A stretch of DNA of 64,000 nt, from positions 50,818 to 114,817 of the forward strand of contig JAFZWE010000012.1 in assembly GCA_017617445.1 (NCBI GenBank). Reading direction: 5' to 3'. The DNA comes from Bacteroidales bacterium (GTDB lineage: Bacteria; Bacteroidota; Bacteroidia; Bacteroidales; WCHB1-69). Shown piece after piece: positions 1-8,693 of this stretch. The notes under the pieces are model-generated. The model saw only the letters and a program-made list of their open reading frames with translations. It ran no database searches and was not told the origin of the DNA. How positions within the stretch are numbered: the first letter of the stretch is position 1; every line of letters begins with the position of its first letter. A program made the translations under genes and the position numbers.

Positions 1-177
1 CTTGGCTACCCCCTGTTGGTTGGTGACAATGATGAAACGTCGGAACCTGCGTTTGAGCAGCGGAATCGAACAGAGAAAGTCGTCCCGGAGAATGAGCTCA
101 TCTGGGGCTTTCACATAATCTCCCTCCAGTTGGACATTAACCACTCCGTCCCGATCCAAAAACAACGTGTCGTTCAT
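1..177 (-). CDS. HAD-IIIA family phosphatase (GmhB-like), first 59 codons only; the gene runs off the left edge
   Basis: Manual minus-strand translation from the ATG at 175..177 gives MNDTLFLDRDGVVNVQLEGDYVKAPDELILRDDFLCSIPLLKRRFRRFIIVTNQQGVAK. It carries HAD motif I 'FLDRDGV' and motif II 'VTNQ'. It is absent from the ORF track because no stop lies in the window. Confidence 0.6.
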   Translation of the reverse strand, partial: MNDTLFLDRDGVVNVQLEGDYVKAPDELILRDDFLCSIPLLKRRFRRFIIVTNQQGVAK

Positions 178-205
178 CTTTTTTTCAGCATTCATAAAAA
201 GCGTG

Positions 206-213
206 CAAAATTA
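206..213 (-). promoter_or_regulatory. -7 box TAnnTTTG (TAATTTTG) for the HAD phosphatase gene
   Basis: The plus strand reads caaaatta, 29 nt upstream of the ATG at 177. Confidence 0.5.
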
Positions 214-239
214 CGCCAATCTCTTGAACTGCCAAGGGC

Positions 240-1823
240 CTATTCCTCACATTTCCGGTCGTACTCTTCTATCAGTGCCTTGAATTCCGGAAGTTCACGC
301 AGGTTGTCATAGCGGGGACTCACTTTCAAAACGTAAGCTTGTCCGAAATAGACCCCTTTTTCACATGCCTTGCGAAGATATTTCATGGACAGATCCACTT
401 CGCCTATTTGTGCGTAAATATCTGAAGCATGGAACAATGAGTCAGGAGAGTCCATGTCGTTCGGATAGCTCTTGAGGGCTTGGACCAGCGCGCTGGCCTT
501 GTCTCCCAAAAAATAATAGGGGGTGATCATGTCATCCCGCAGGGTGATGGATTTTTCAAAGCAACTCCGCGCTCCTTCCACATCACCTTTCTGTAATTTA
601 CATTTTCCAAGTAAATTGTATGAGAATGCTTTTTGGGGTGTCTCAGGCATGAGTCCGATTTTTTGTTCAACATACTGGATGGCGTTAAGCCAATCCCTGT
701 TTTCGTATGCATAGTATGACAGATTGTCCAGCAATGATGTGTCAGCAGGATTCTCTTCCAGTTTTTCGCGGAGCAGCTGAAGCGTTTTTTCACCTTGACC
801 GTTGGCATGATAGAGGAGGTATCGCACTTCAATGTATTGGTCTGCGGAATCGGGGAAGGTGGCGCAAAGTTCATCCAACACTTGAAGCGATTTTGCATAG
901 TCATTGGCTTGGAAGTAAGCATTCATGATCAAACTGTACACGTATTCTTCAGGCTCGGTCTTCAGTATTTTCTCGTAGTATTTTGCAGCGGCGTGAAAAT
1001 GGCAGTGATAGGAGCTTACCAAACCGCACAAACGGGTCCAGAAGGATTCGGAGGGATATTTGTATTGTTGGGCTTGCAATTTCTCAATCAGCAGGGTTTC
1101 AGCGGAATCCGATATACTCAGCATCTCTGAGATCACATCATCGGAGTTGTTGAGCATCAGCAGACTGACGATGTCATCCGTACTTTCGTCATATTTCCCC
1201 AATTGGCGGTATATTTCAGCCCGATAGTAATACGACACTTCAGCTTTACGGTTGTGCTTGATGGCGGCATTCAGGTAGCCGAGAGCTTCGTCTGGTTCTT
1301 CCGGGTCGTATGTCATCTCGGCCAGACAGTTGTACGCCCAGGTTACAGTCGGATCCAGCTCAATCACTTTGAGGTAGTCTTTCTTTGCTTGGGTATACTG
1401 TCCGATTTCCTTGCACATATCCGCCCGGGTGCGGTAGCAGTGGTAGTCGGTGGGATTGCTTTTGATGCCGTCGGCAAAGGATTTCATCGCGGCGTCAATA
1501 TTCCCAAGGTTGTAGTAAATGAATGCACGTTCCTTGTGCGCCAGCCATTTTTCCGATTTCGGAAGATTTTTTACCGCTTTTTCCAAAAAAGTCAGCGCCT
1601 GCCCGAACTGTCCGAGACTGCTGTAGCAATACGCAAGCCCATAGTAATAGTGCCCGTCTTTGGGATTTTCTGCCAGACCCTGCTGGAAAGTGGCAATGGC
1701 TCCCTCATAGTTTTCCCGTTGTGCCTGCTCAATGCCCTGGGTATAGTAGTCAGGCTTTTGAGCATATAGGGTCATTGTTGCAATGAAAAAGACAAAGGCG
1801 ATGGTGGTTTTAATTTTAATCAT
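240..1823 (-). CDS. Secreted TPR-repeat protein
   Basis: ORF 240..1850 contains many TPR-like helix pairs, e.g. 'YYYGLAYCYSSLGQFGQALTFLEKAV'. I moved the start to the internal Met (MIKIKTTIAFVFFIATMTLYAQ, signal peptide) because a -7 box lies at 1848..1855. Confidence 0.8.
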   Translation of the reverse strand: MIKIKTTIAFVFFIATMTLYAQKPDYYTQGIEQAQRENYEGAIATFQQGLAENPKDGHYYYGLAYCYSSLGQFGQALTFLEKAVKNLPKSEKWLAHKERAFIYYNLGNIDAAMKSFADGIKSNPTDYHCYRTRADMCKEIGQYTQAKKDYLKVIELDPTVTWAYNCLAEMTYDPEEPDEALGYLNAAIKHNRKAEVSYYYRAEIYRQLGKYDESTDDIVSLLMLNNSDDVISEMLSISDSAETLLIEKLQAQQYKYPSESFWTRLCGLVSSYHCHFHAAAKYYEKILKTEPEEYVYSLIMNAYFQANDYAKSLQVLDELCATFPDSADQYIEVRYLLYHANGQGEKTLQLLREKLEENPADTSLLDNLSYYAYENRDWLNAIQYVEQKIGLMPETPQKAFSYNLLGKCKLQKGDVEGARSCFEKSITLRDDMITPYYFLGDKASALVQALKSYPNDMDSPDSLFHASDIYAQIGEVDLSMKYLRKACEKGVYFGQAYVLKVSPRYDNLRELPEFKALIEEYDRKCEE

Positions 1824-1847
1824 GTTTTGGAGTTTATATATTGGGCA

Positions 1848-1855
1848 CAAAAATA
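1848..1855 (-). promoter_or_regulatory. -7 box (TATTTTTG) for the TPR gene
   Basis: The plus strand reads caaaaata, 25 nt upstream of Met at 1823. Confidence 0.5.
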
Positions 1856-1902
1856 CGTTAAATTTTTATATCATAAAGAGGTGGGCGTTCCCTTTTTTAA
1901 AG

Positions 1903-1910
1903 TAATTTTG
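1903..1910 (+). promoter_or_regulatory. -7 box (TAATTTTG) for the MATE gene
   Basis: The box reads taattttg, 18 nt before the ATG at 1928. Confidence 0.5.
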
Positions 1911-1927
1911 CGCTTTTGAGTTTGTCT

Positions 1928-3346
1928 ATGGCATCTGCAACTTTGGATAAAATACAAGAGCTTGAACACAAGGGAGTTGGAAGACTTTTGTGGCAATATG
2001 CACTGCCTGCGGTAGTCAGCCAGATTATCGCATCTGTGTACAACATGGCCGACCGCGCTTTTATCGGACATGGGGTGGGGGTGGCAGCCATTGCGGGGCT
2101 TTCCATCACCATGCCGGTGATGAACATTGTGCACGCTTTCGGCTCGCTGGTCGGCGTGGGCGCCTCCGCGCGCATGTCCATTGTCCTGGGCCGCAAGGAT
2201 TACCGCTGGGCTGAAAATATTTTGGGAAACAGCGTGTTGCTCACTTTTCTCTTCGGGTTCCTGTTCGTCACCAGCGGCTATCTGTTCATGGATCCGATTC
2301 TGGAGATTTTTGGTGCCAGCGAGGAAACCATTGGATATGCACGTGAATATCTGATGATTGTACTTCCTGGAATGTTCATGACCACGCTCACATTCAACCT
2401 CACCGGTTTGATTCGCGCGTCAGGCTATCCGATCAAGTCCATGGTGATTCTGGGTGGCGGCGCGTTGTTGAACATGCTGCTGGACCCGCTTTTCATTTTC
2501 GGCTTCCACTGGGGCATTGCAGGCGCGGCATGGGCCACCACCATCTCCATGTCGGTCACGGGAGTGGCTGCTGTGTGGCATTTTGCCAAACCCTCGTCCT
2601 TCATTCGCTTCCGTCGCCACGCATGGACCCCCAGAGGTTACATTTTCCGCAATATCCTGATGATCGGATTGAGCCCGTTCCTGATGAATGTGGCCGCGGC
2701 AGGGGTGGTCGGTATCCTCAATTCGCAACTGCTCCGCTATGGCGCCGACCTCGCGGTGGGCACTTATGGCGTAGTGAACACTTACGCCAATTTATTGGTG
2801 CTTGTGATTCTGGGGATCTGCCAGGGAATGCAGCCGATTGCCGGCTATAATTACGGAGCCGGTCATAACGACCGCCTTAAACAGGTTTATCTGCTGACAA
2901 TGAAAGTATGCGTACTGGTCGGACTGGTCGGGAGCCTGATTTCCTGCATCATGCCGGCCTATATGGCCCGGCTTTTCACCCGAGACCCCGCACTGATAGA
3001 GATGGCAGTGCCCGCCACCCGCTTTTTGATGGTCATGTTCCCCCTGATTGGCTTTACCATCACAAACTCCAATTTCTTCCAGTCCATTGACAAACCGTGG
3101 ATTGCCATTGTCACCAGCCTTTCGCGCCAGGTGATATTCCTTGTGCCGCTGAGTTACCTTGTTCCATTGGCATTCGCGCAAGCAGGCGGCCACGGACTGA
3201 TGGGTGTCTGGATGGCCTGCACTCTCTCCGATGTGGCAGGAGCCGCTCTGGCCGCAATGCTGCTATATCATCAGCGCAAGGTATTCCAGCCCGGCCATGT
3301 GCCGGAACCGCCCCGGATGGTCAAAGAGGCCGGCCCCAAAGATTAA
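1928..3346 (+). CDS. MATE family efflux transporter
   Basis: ORF 1916..3346 is polytopic and hydrophobic. The N-terminus 'LLWQYALPAVVSQIIASVYNMADRAFIGHGVG' is typical of MATE/NorM. The first ATG is at 1928, 18 nt after a TAnnTTTG box. Confidence 0.85.
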   Translation: MASATLDKIQELEHKGVGRLLWQYALPAVVSQIIASVYNMADRAFIGHGVGVAAIAGLSITMPVMNIVHAFGSLVGVGASARMSIVLGRKDYRWAENILGNSVLLTFLFGFLFVTSGYLFMDPILEIFGASEETIGYAREYLMIVLPGMFMTTLTFNLTGLIRASGYPIKSMVILGGGALLNMLLDPLFIFGFHWGIAGAAWATTISMSVTGVAAVWHFAKPSSFIRFRRHAWTPRGYIFRNILMIGLSPFLMNVAAAGVVGILNSQLLRYGADLAVGTYGVVNTYANLLVLVILGICQGMQPIAGYNYGAGHNDRLKQVYLLTMKVCVLVGLVGSLISCIMPAYMARLFTRDPALIEMAVPATRFLMVMFPLIGFTITNSNFFQSIDKPWIAIVTSLSRQVIFLVPLSYLVPLAFAQAGGHGLMGVWMACTLSDVAGAALAAMLLYHQRKVFQPGHVPEPPRMVKEAGPKD

Positions 3347-3355
3347 TGGGTCGTT

Positions 3356-4525
3356 TCAAGTATGTTCCTCACAAAAATATTTCAAAAAAGCCGGATATGA
3401 TTTCGCCACGGGAGCCATCTCCGAAATTCGGATGCCGAATTGGAGTCGGAGCAGTTGGTAGGCCATCACCAGCCTGTGGTCATTGTGAACTTCAAACAAA
3501 GGAGAGAAATTCTTCACTAAAAATCTATTCATCCCATTGATATATAATAATTTGTCGCCTATTACTTGACATTCACACAATGTTCCGATGGCGTCTGCCA
3601 GATGGTCTAAACGTCGCGATTCCTTCAGGTTCAGTGTGCCAACGTTGTGCATAGTGAGCCGGAACGGATATGCGGCAGCCAATGCGACCAGCACAGGGAC
3701 AAGATCGGGATGGTCGTGCATGTCCAATTCAATGTCGGGAACGGATGCTGCTCCCAATCGCTCAATCACTATCCCGTTACTTTTTTGGATTGAACGAACA
3801 AGTCCCCAATCCTCCATCCATCGGGCGATGATGCAGTCCCCTTGCACAGAATCCATTTTCAATAGATTGAGTTGCAATGAATTAATAGAGCGAGAAAGTG
3901 CCAAATAGGCATACCAGAAAGCGGCGGTGCTCCAGTCGCCCTCGGCGGGCACGGGCTTTTCTGCACAGACTGCTGAAAGCACCTGGCGAGTCATGTCGAT
4001 ATAAGCTTGTGAAGGAGTGGGCGTGGGAGAGATGTCCAGTTCTTCCAACCCGATTTTGGGGCCAATGAGAAGGAGGGCACTGGCGAACTGACTGCTTTGG
4101 CTGCAATCCACAGACAACTTTCTTGCGTGCAGTGGACGGCCCTCAATCAGCCACCCTTGGGGGCAGGAAACAATGTGTGCCCCTGTTTGAATTAATACAT
4201 CAATAAGACTTTGTATAGGTCTGTTTAATAGCCTTTTTTGACCTGTTAAAATCCATTTTCCGGGCATAATGGAGAGCACTGCTGCCAAAAATCGGTAGGC
4301 AGCGCCGCAGTCTTCTGCGGAAATGGCCACAGGGGAGGGGGAAGGAAGGAGCGTGGCATGGCGGATGCGTACCAGCGCATCATGAACCACGTGGGCGTCA
4401 GAAGAATCCTCGGACGACACATCTTCAATTTTTCCATGGTAAAGAAATCCGGCAATGAGTGAACGGATCTGAATGCTTTTGGAGCAGTTCAGGTCAATGG
4501 ATTCATGGTCGGAGACAGGGTGCAT
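3356..4525 (-). CDS. aroA: 3-phosphoshikimate 1-carboxyvinyltransferase (EPSP synthase), divergent
   Basis: The 389-aa ORF carries 'LNCSKSIQIRSLI', 'CGAAYRFLAAV' and 'LKESRRLD', which resemble the EPSP synthase motifs LPxSKSxSNR, GTAMRFL and KESDR. Confidence 0.75.
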   Translation of the reverse strand: MHPVSDHESIDLNCSKSIQIRSLIAGFLYHGKIEDVSSEDSSDAHVVHDALVRIRHATLLPSPSPVAISAEDCGAAYRFLAAVLSIMPGKWILTGQKRLLNRPIQSLIDVLIQTGAHIVSCPQGWLIEGRPLHARKLSVDCSQSSQFASALLLIGPKIGLEELDISPTPTPSQAYIDMTRQVLSAVCAEKPVPAEGDWSTAAFWYAYLALSRSINSLQLNLLKMDSVQGDCIIARWMEDWGLVRSIQKSNGIVIERLGAASVPDIELDMHDHPDLVPVLVALAAAYPFRLTMHNVGTLNLKESRRLDHLADAIGTLCECQVIGDKLLYINGMNRFLVKNFSPLFEVHNDHRLVMAYQLLRLQFGIRISEMAPVAKSYPAFLKYFCEEHT

Positions 4526-4545
4526 TCAAATCAAAATTGATGCTG

Positions 4546-4553
4546 CAAAAGTA
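4546..4553 (-). promoter_or_regulatory. -7 box (TACTTTTG) for aroA
   Basis: The plus strand reads caaaagta, 20 nt upstream of the ATG at 4525. Confidence 0.5.
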
Positions 4554-4642
4554 CATATTTTCAGGCTATAGGGCAATAGTGCGATGGTTAAATTTTTTTA
4601 TAAAAAGAAAATATAAAATGACTTGAGGTAAATTTTTTTTTG

Positions 4643-4650
4643 TATTTTTG
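4643..4650 (+). promoter_or_regulatory. -7 box (TATTTTTG) for the glgA-like/DUF4270/glmS unit
   Basis: The box reads tatttttg, 19 nt before the ATG at 4669. Confidence 0.55.
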
Positions 4651-4668
4651 CAGTCAAATATATAGTTT

Positions 4669-5493
4669 ATGGCAAAAAAGAGAATTTTGTATATCACTCC
4701 GGAGATATTTCCCTATTTACCAGAGAGTTACACGTCAAATATTTGCAGATTCTTACCCCAAGGCATTCAAGAGAGAGAAAATGAAATCCGTACTTTCATG
4801 CCTAAGTTCGGGTGTATCAATGAGCGCAAGAACCAGTTGCATGAGGTAATCCGTCTTTCAGGGCAGAACATCATCGTCAACAACTCAGACCATCCGTTGA
4901 TCATCAAGGTGGCTTCCCTTCAAGTGGTGAGAATGCAAATCTATTTCATCGACAGCGAGGATTATTTCAAGAGAAAGCAACTTTATTATTCTCCGGAGGG
5001 TGAATTTTTTGCCGACAATGACGAACGCATGATTTTCTTTGCCAAGGGCGTGATTGAAACTGTGCGCAAACTGGGATGGACTCCTGACATTGTCCATTGT
5101 CATGGATGGATTTCCTCCCTGGTCCCTCTTTTTGCCAAAACATGCTATAAGGATAATCCCCATTTCCAGAATGCCCGGATTGTGTATTCCATTTACAATG
5201 ACGGTTTCTCCGAAATGCTGCGTCCCGACTTCATGAAAAAACTGGTCGGCACCGGCATAGACGAGGCTTTTGTAAAAGGTTTGGAAGAACCCAACTATAA
5301 TGCATTGATGCGGAAGGCAGTGGAATTCTCCGATGCTGTGGTCATCGCACAGGATGGTATCTCTGATGAGCTGGTGAACTGTGTGAAGGATTCCGCCAAA
5401 CTCACGTTCTCTCACCCGCAAGACCAAGCTTTTGTGGACGAGTACAATCAGTTTTACGACACACTTCTGGAACAAGAACTTTTAATTTTTTAG
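4669..5493 (+). CDS. Short glycogen/starch synthase-like protein (GT5 N-terminal domain only)
   Basis: The 274-aa ORF has 'ILYITPEIFPY' and 'PDIVHCHGWISSLVP', the starch synthase catalytic-domain motifs. No C-terminal GT1 half is present. Confidence 0.75.
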   Translation: MAKKRILYITPEIFPYLPESYTSNICRFLPQGIQERENEIRTFMPKFGCINERKNQLHEVIRLSGQNIIVNNSDHPLIIKVASLQVVRMQIYFIDSEDYFKRKQLYYSPEGEFFADNDERMIFFAKGVIETVRKLGWTPDIVHCHGWISSLVPLFAKTCYKDNPHFQNARIVYSIYNDGFSEMLRPDFMKKLVGTGIDEAFVKGLEEPNYNALMRKAVEFSDAVVIAQDGISDELVNCVKDSAKLTFSHPQDQAFVDEYNQFYDTLLEQELLIF

Positions 5494-5497
5494 CGGA

Positions 5498-6823
5498 ATG
5501 AGAAAAATCTTCCTGGCACTGTTCTGCGTTTTCGCAGCGCTTTTGTTTGGTTGTAAGAAGGAGGTCAACACCATCGGACTTGACTTGCAGGATGAGGATA
5601 TCCTCAATGCGGATTACATGGAAATTCCCATGGATGCCTATTCGGTTCTGGACGATTCCATTAACACCCGGAACCTGCTAAACAATGTGGTCGGGCAAGT
5701 CACTGACCCGATTTTTGGCACAACCACAGCCATTACCTATACTAATTTCGCACTCACCGGCAATTCGGTTGCCTTTCCAGAAGATGCCACCTTGGATTCC
5801 GTAGTGCTCACCCTGCAATATTCGGGTTTTTTCGGAGACACCACCAGCCCTCTCTCCTTTGATGTTTTTGAACTGAACGAGGATCTCAGCGCCTCCGCCT
5901 ATTACGGTTCGGACTATATTGACCTTTCCGGCAGCGAAAACCTTGTGCATGGTGGCGGTACCATCATCTACCCGAAGCCCAACACCCAGGTTACCGTGGA
6001 CTCCAGCAGTTCCGCACCCCATTTGAGAATCCGCCTCAAGAACAGTTTCGGGAATCGGCTGATGGACATGTCCTCCTCATCCCTGGCCAGCACCACCTCA
6101 TTCCAGGCCAATTTCAAAGGACTGTCCATATCCGCTACCAAAACAGGAGGTGGGATAGGAAATCTTTGCTATATCAGCCTCACCTCATCCATGTCGGGTC
6201 TCGTACTCTATTACCATAACAGCCAGGATGAAAGCAAGAAATATACATTCCCCATCAACGGCGACTGTGTGAGATACAACTGCTACCTGCACGGCTACGA
6301 AACAGATGCCAACTCCCAGTTCCGCAACCAGGTGATCCAAGGGAATCACTCTCTGGGCAGTGAACTGCTGTATGCCCAGCCGACTGGTGGTGTGAAAACC
6401 CGTGTCAACATGCCGCAATTGTATGAAATGCTGGGGAATAAAAATGTGGTCATCAATCGCGCGGAACTTGTGCTCACCAATGTGTCCACAGATGGCGAGT
6501 ATTTCTTCCAACCCTATAATCTTTCACTGCAACTGCTTAAAAAAGACAACACTACCGCCTATACGCCCGATGACGCCACCCAGACTTCCACAAGCTATTT
6601 CGGCGGAGTGTATGATGAAAAGACAAAGCAATACCGTTTCCGCATCACAAAGTATATCCAACAATGTTTGAGATCATACATGCAGAACGGTGAAATTCCA
6701 GATCAGGGCCTGAATGTGGTGGTGGCAGGTGCCGGAATCCGCGCCAACCGCCTGATTTTCCGTGGCACTGACCCGATTTACTCCGACCGATTCAGGTTGG
6801 AAATCTATTATACAGAATACTAA
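5498..6823 (+). CDS. Lipoprotein, DUF4270-like (family call from context and memory)
   Basis: The 441-aa ORF has the lipobox 'ALLFGCKKE'. It sits between the short glgA-like gene and glmS, as DUF4270 genes do in Bacteroidota. Confidence 0.55.
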   Translation: MRKIFLALFCVFAALLFGCKKEVNTIGLDLQDEDILNADYMEIPMDAYSVLDDSINTRNLLNNVVGQVTDPIFGTTTAITYTNFALTGNSVAFPEDATLDSVVLTLQYSGFFGDTTSPLSFDVFELNEDLSASAYYGSDYIDLSGSENLVHGGGTIIYPKPNTQVTVDSSSSAPHLRIRLKNSFGNRLMDMSSSSLASTTSFQANFKGLSISATKTGGGIGNLCYISLTSSMSGLVLYYHNSQDESKKYTFPINGDCVRYNCYLHGYETDANSQFRNQVIQGNHSLGSELLYAQPTGGVKTRVNMPQLYEMLGNKNVVINRAELVLTNVSTDGEYFFQPYNLSLQLLKKDNTTAYTPDDATQTSTSYFGGVYDEKTKQYRFRITKYIQQCLRSYMQNGEIPDQGLNVVVAGAGIRANRLIFRGTDPIYSDRFRLEIYYTEY

Positions 6824-6847
6824 AATCATTCAACAAAACGGATTGAT

Positions 6848-8692
6848 ATGTGTGGAATCGTAGCATATACGGGATGCCATCAGGCTTACCCGATTTTAAT
6901 TAAAGGACTTAAGCGTTTGGAATACCGCGGCTATGACAGCGCGGGAATCGCCCTCTCTCAGAAAGATAGCATCGCACTGTACAAATGCCGGGGCAGAGTG
7001 TCAGATCTAGACGAATTTTGTGCAGATAAAAACATCCAGTCTTGTACAGGCATTGGCCACACCCGATGGGCTACCCATGGGGAACCTAATACTCAAAACG
7101 CCCATCCCCATCTGTCGGCCGATGGGAAAATAGCGTTGATTCATAACGGTATCATTGAAAATTACCTCGTATTGAAACAGGAACTGATCAGCCGCGGATA
7201 CACATTCCAAAGCGATACTGACACGGAAGTTTTGGTGCATTTGATTGAGGATATCTTCAGGACAGAGGAAGTCTCCTTGCCAGAGGCGGTGAGAATTGCC
7301 CTCACCGGTGTGGTAGGAACGTATGCCCTGGCCATCCTCTCCACAGACCAGCCCGACCAGCTCATTCTCGCCAAAAAAGGAAGCCCTCTGCTGATTGGTG
7401 TGGGGGATAATGAGTATTTCATCGGTTCGGACGGGGCTCCCATTGTGGAATATACCCAAAAAGTGGTCTATCTGGAGGACGGAGATGTGGCAGTCGTTTC
7501 CCCAAACAAAAAGATGGAAATCCGCAACATCAATGAGGAGGGGAAAATCCGCCGCTATCAGCAAAAACTGCAATTGAATCTGGAACAATTGGAAAAGGGC
7601 GGTTTTGAACACTATATGCTGAAGGAGATTTTTGAACAGCCCAAAGCCATCCGCGACAGTATGCGAGGAAGACTGAATGTCAAGAAGGATGTCGTTTCCT
7701 TGGGAGGCATTATTGAATATGAAACCAAAATGATGAACGCCCGCCGCTTCATCATGGTGGCTTGCGGTACATCGTGGCACGCAGCTACTGTTGCCGAATA
7801 TTTGTTTGAAAGTTTGGTGCGTGTTCCAGTGGAAGTGGAGTACGCATCGGAGTTCAGATACCGTAACCCATTGATATATGAGGATGATGTGGTGATCGCC
7901 ATCTCCCAGTCTGGAGAAACAGCGGATACCATTGCTGCTGTGGAACTGGCCAAGTCCAAAGGGGCTACCGTGATTGGCATTTGCAATGTGGTGGGTTCCA
8001 CTTTGGCCCGAAACACCCATGCCGGTTCGTACACCCATGCCGGACCGGAAATAGGGGTAGCTTCCACCAAGGCTTTCACCGCCCAGGTGACCGTGCTCAC
8101 CCTGATGGCTCTCAGCCTCGCACGTAAAAAGGGAAATCTCGCCTTATCCGAATATCACCAGATCATCAACAACCTGGAAGAGATTCCCGCCAAGATGGAA
8201 GAGACGCTCAAACTCAACGAACAGATCAAGGAAATTGCCCACAGTTTTGTGGACAAACGCAATGCCATCTATTTGGGCCGGGGCATCAACTTCCCGGTGG
8301 CATTGGAGGGCGCGCTCAAGCTGAAGGAAATCTCATATATCCATGCGGAGGGCTATCCTTCTGCGGAAATGAAACACGGTCCCATCGCCTTGATTGATGA
8401 GGAAATGCCCGTAGTGGTACTGGCAACAGAGCAGGAGACATACGAGAAAACGGTCAGCAATATCCAGGAGGTGAAGGCTCGGAAAGGGAAAATCATTTCC
8501 GTGGTCACCCGTGGCGATGCATCTGTGAAAGCCATGTCTGATTACTGTATTGAAATTCCTGAAACTCTGGAACTGCTCACACCGCTGCTTTCCTGCGTAC
8601 CGTTGCAACTGCTGGCCTACCATGTGGCTGTGCTCAGAGGCTGCAATGTGGACAAGCCACGCAACCTGGCCAAATCTGTAAGCGTGGAATAA
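6848..8692 (+). CDS. glmS: Glutamine--fructose-6-phosphate aminotransferase
   Basis: The 614-aa ORF starts 'MCGIVAY' (Ntn catalytic Cys), has two SIS domains and ends '...KPRNLAKSVSVE'. Confidence 0.97.
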   Translation: MCGIVAYTGCHQAYPILIKGLKRLEYRGYDSAGIALSQKDSIALYKCRGRVSDLDEFCADKNIQSCTGIGHTRWATHGEPNTQNAHPHLSADGKIALIHNGIIENYLVLKQELISRGYTFQSDTDTEVLVHLIEDIFRTEEVSLPEAVRIALTGVVGTYALAILSTDQPDQLILAKKGSPLLIGVGDNEYFIGSDGAPIVEYTQKVVYLEDGDVAVVSPNKKMEIRNINEEGKIRRYQQKLQLNLEQLEKGGFEHYMLKEIFEQPKAIRDSMRGRLNVKKDVVSLGGIIEYETKMMNARRFIMVACGTSWHAATVAEYLFESLVRVPVEVEYASEFRYRNPLIYEDDVVIAISQSGETADTIAAVELAKSKGATVIGICNVVGSTLARNTHAGSYTHAGPEIGVASTKAFTAQVTVLTLMALSLARKKGNLALSEYHQIINNLEEIPAKMEETLKLNEQIKEIAHSFVDKRNAIYLGRGINFPVALEGALKLKEISYIHAEGYPSAEMKHGPIALIDEEMPVVVLATEQETYEKTVSNIQEVKARKGKIISVVTRGDASVKAMSDYCIEIPETLELLTPLLSCVPLQLLAYHVAVLRGCNVDKPRNLAKSVSVE

Positions 8693-8693
8693 G

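Noticed and set aside
16-312. 98-aa plus-strand ORF at the left edge
   Set aside because: The minus strand here encodes a clean HAD-IIIA N-terminus (FLDRDGV...VTNQ) with its own -7 box. The plus-strand frame has no motifs and overlaps the TPR gene end.
7007-8038. 343-aa minus-strand ORF
   Set aside because: It is antisense to glmS.
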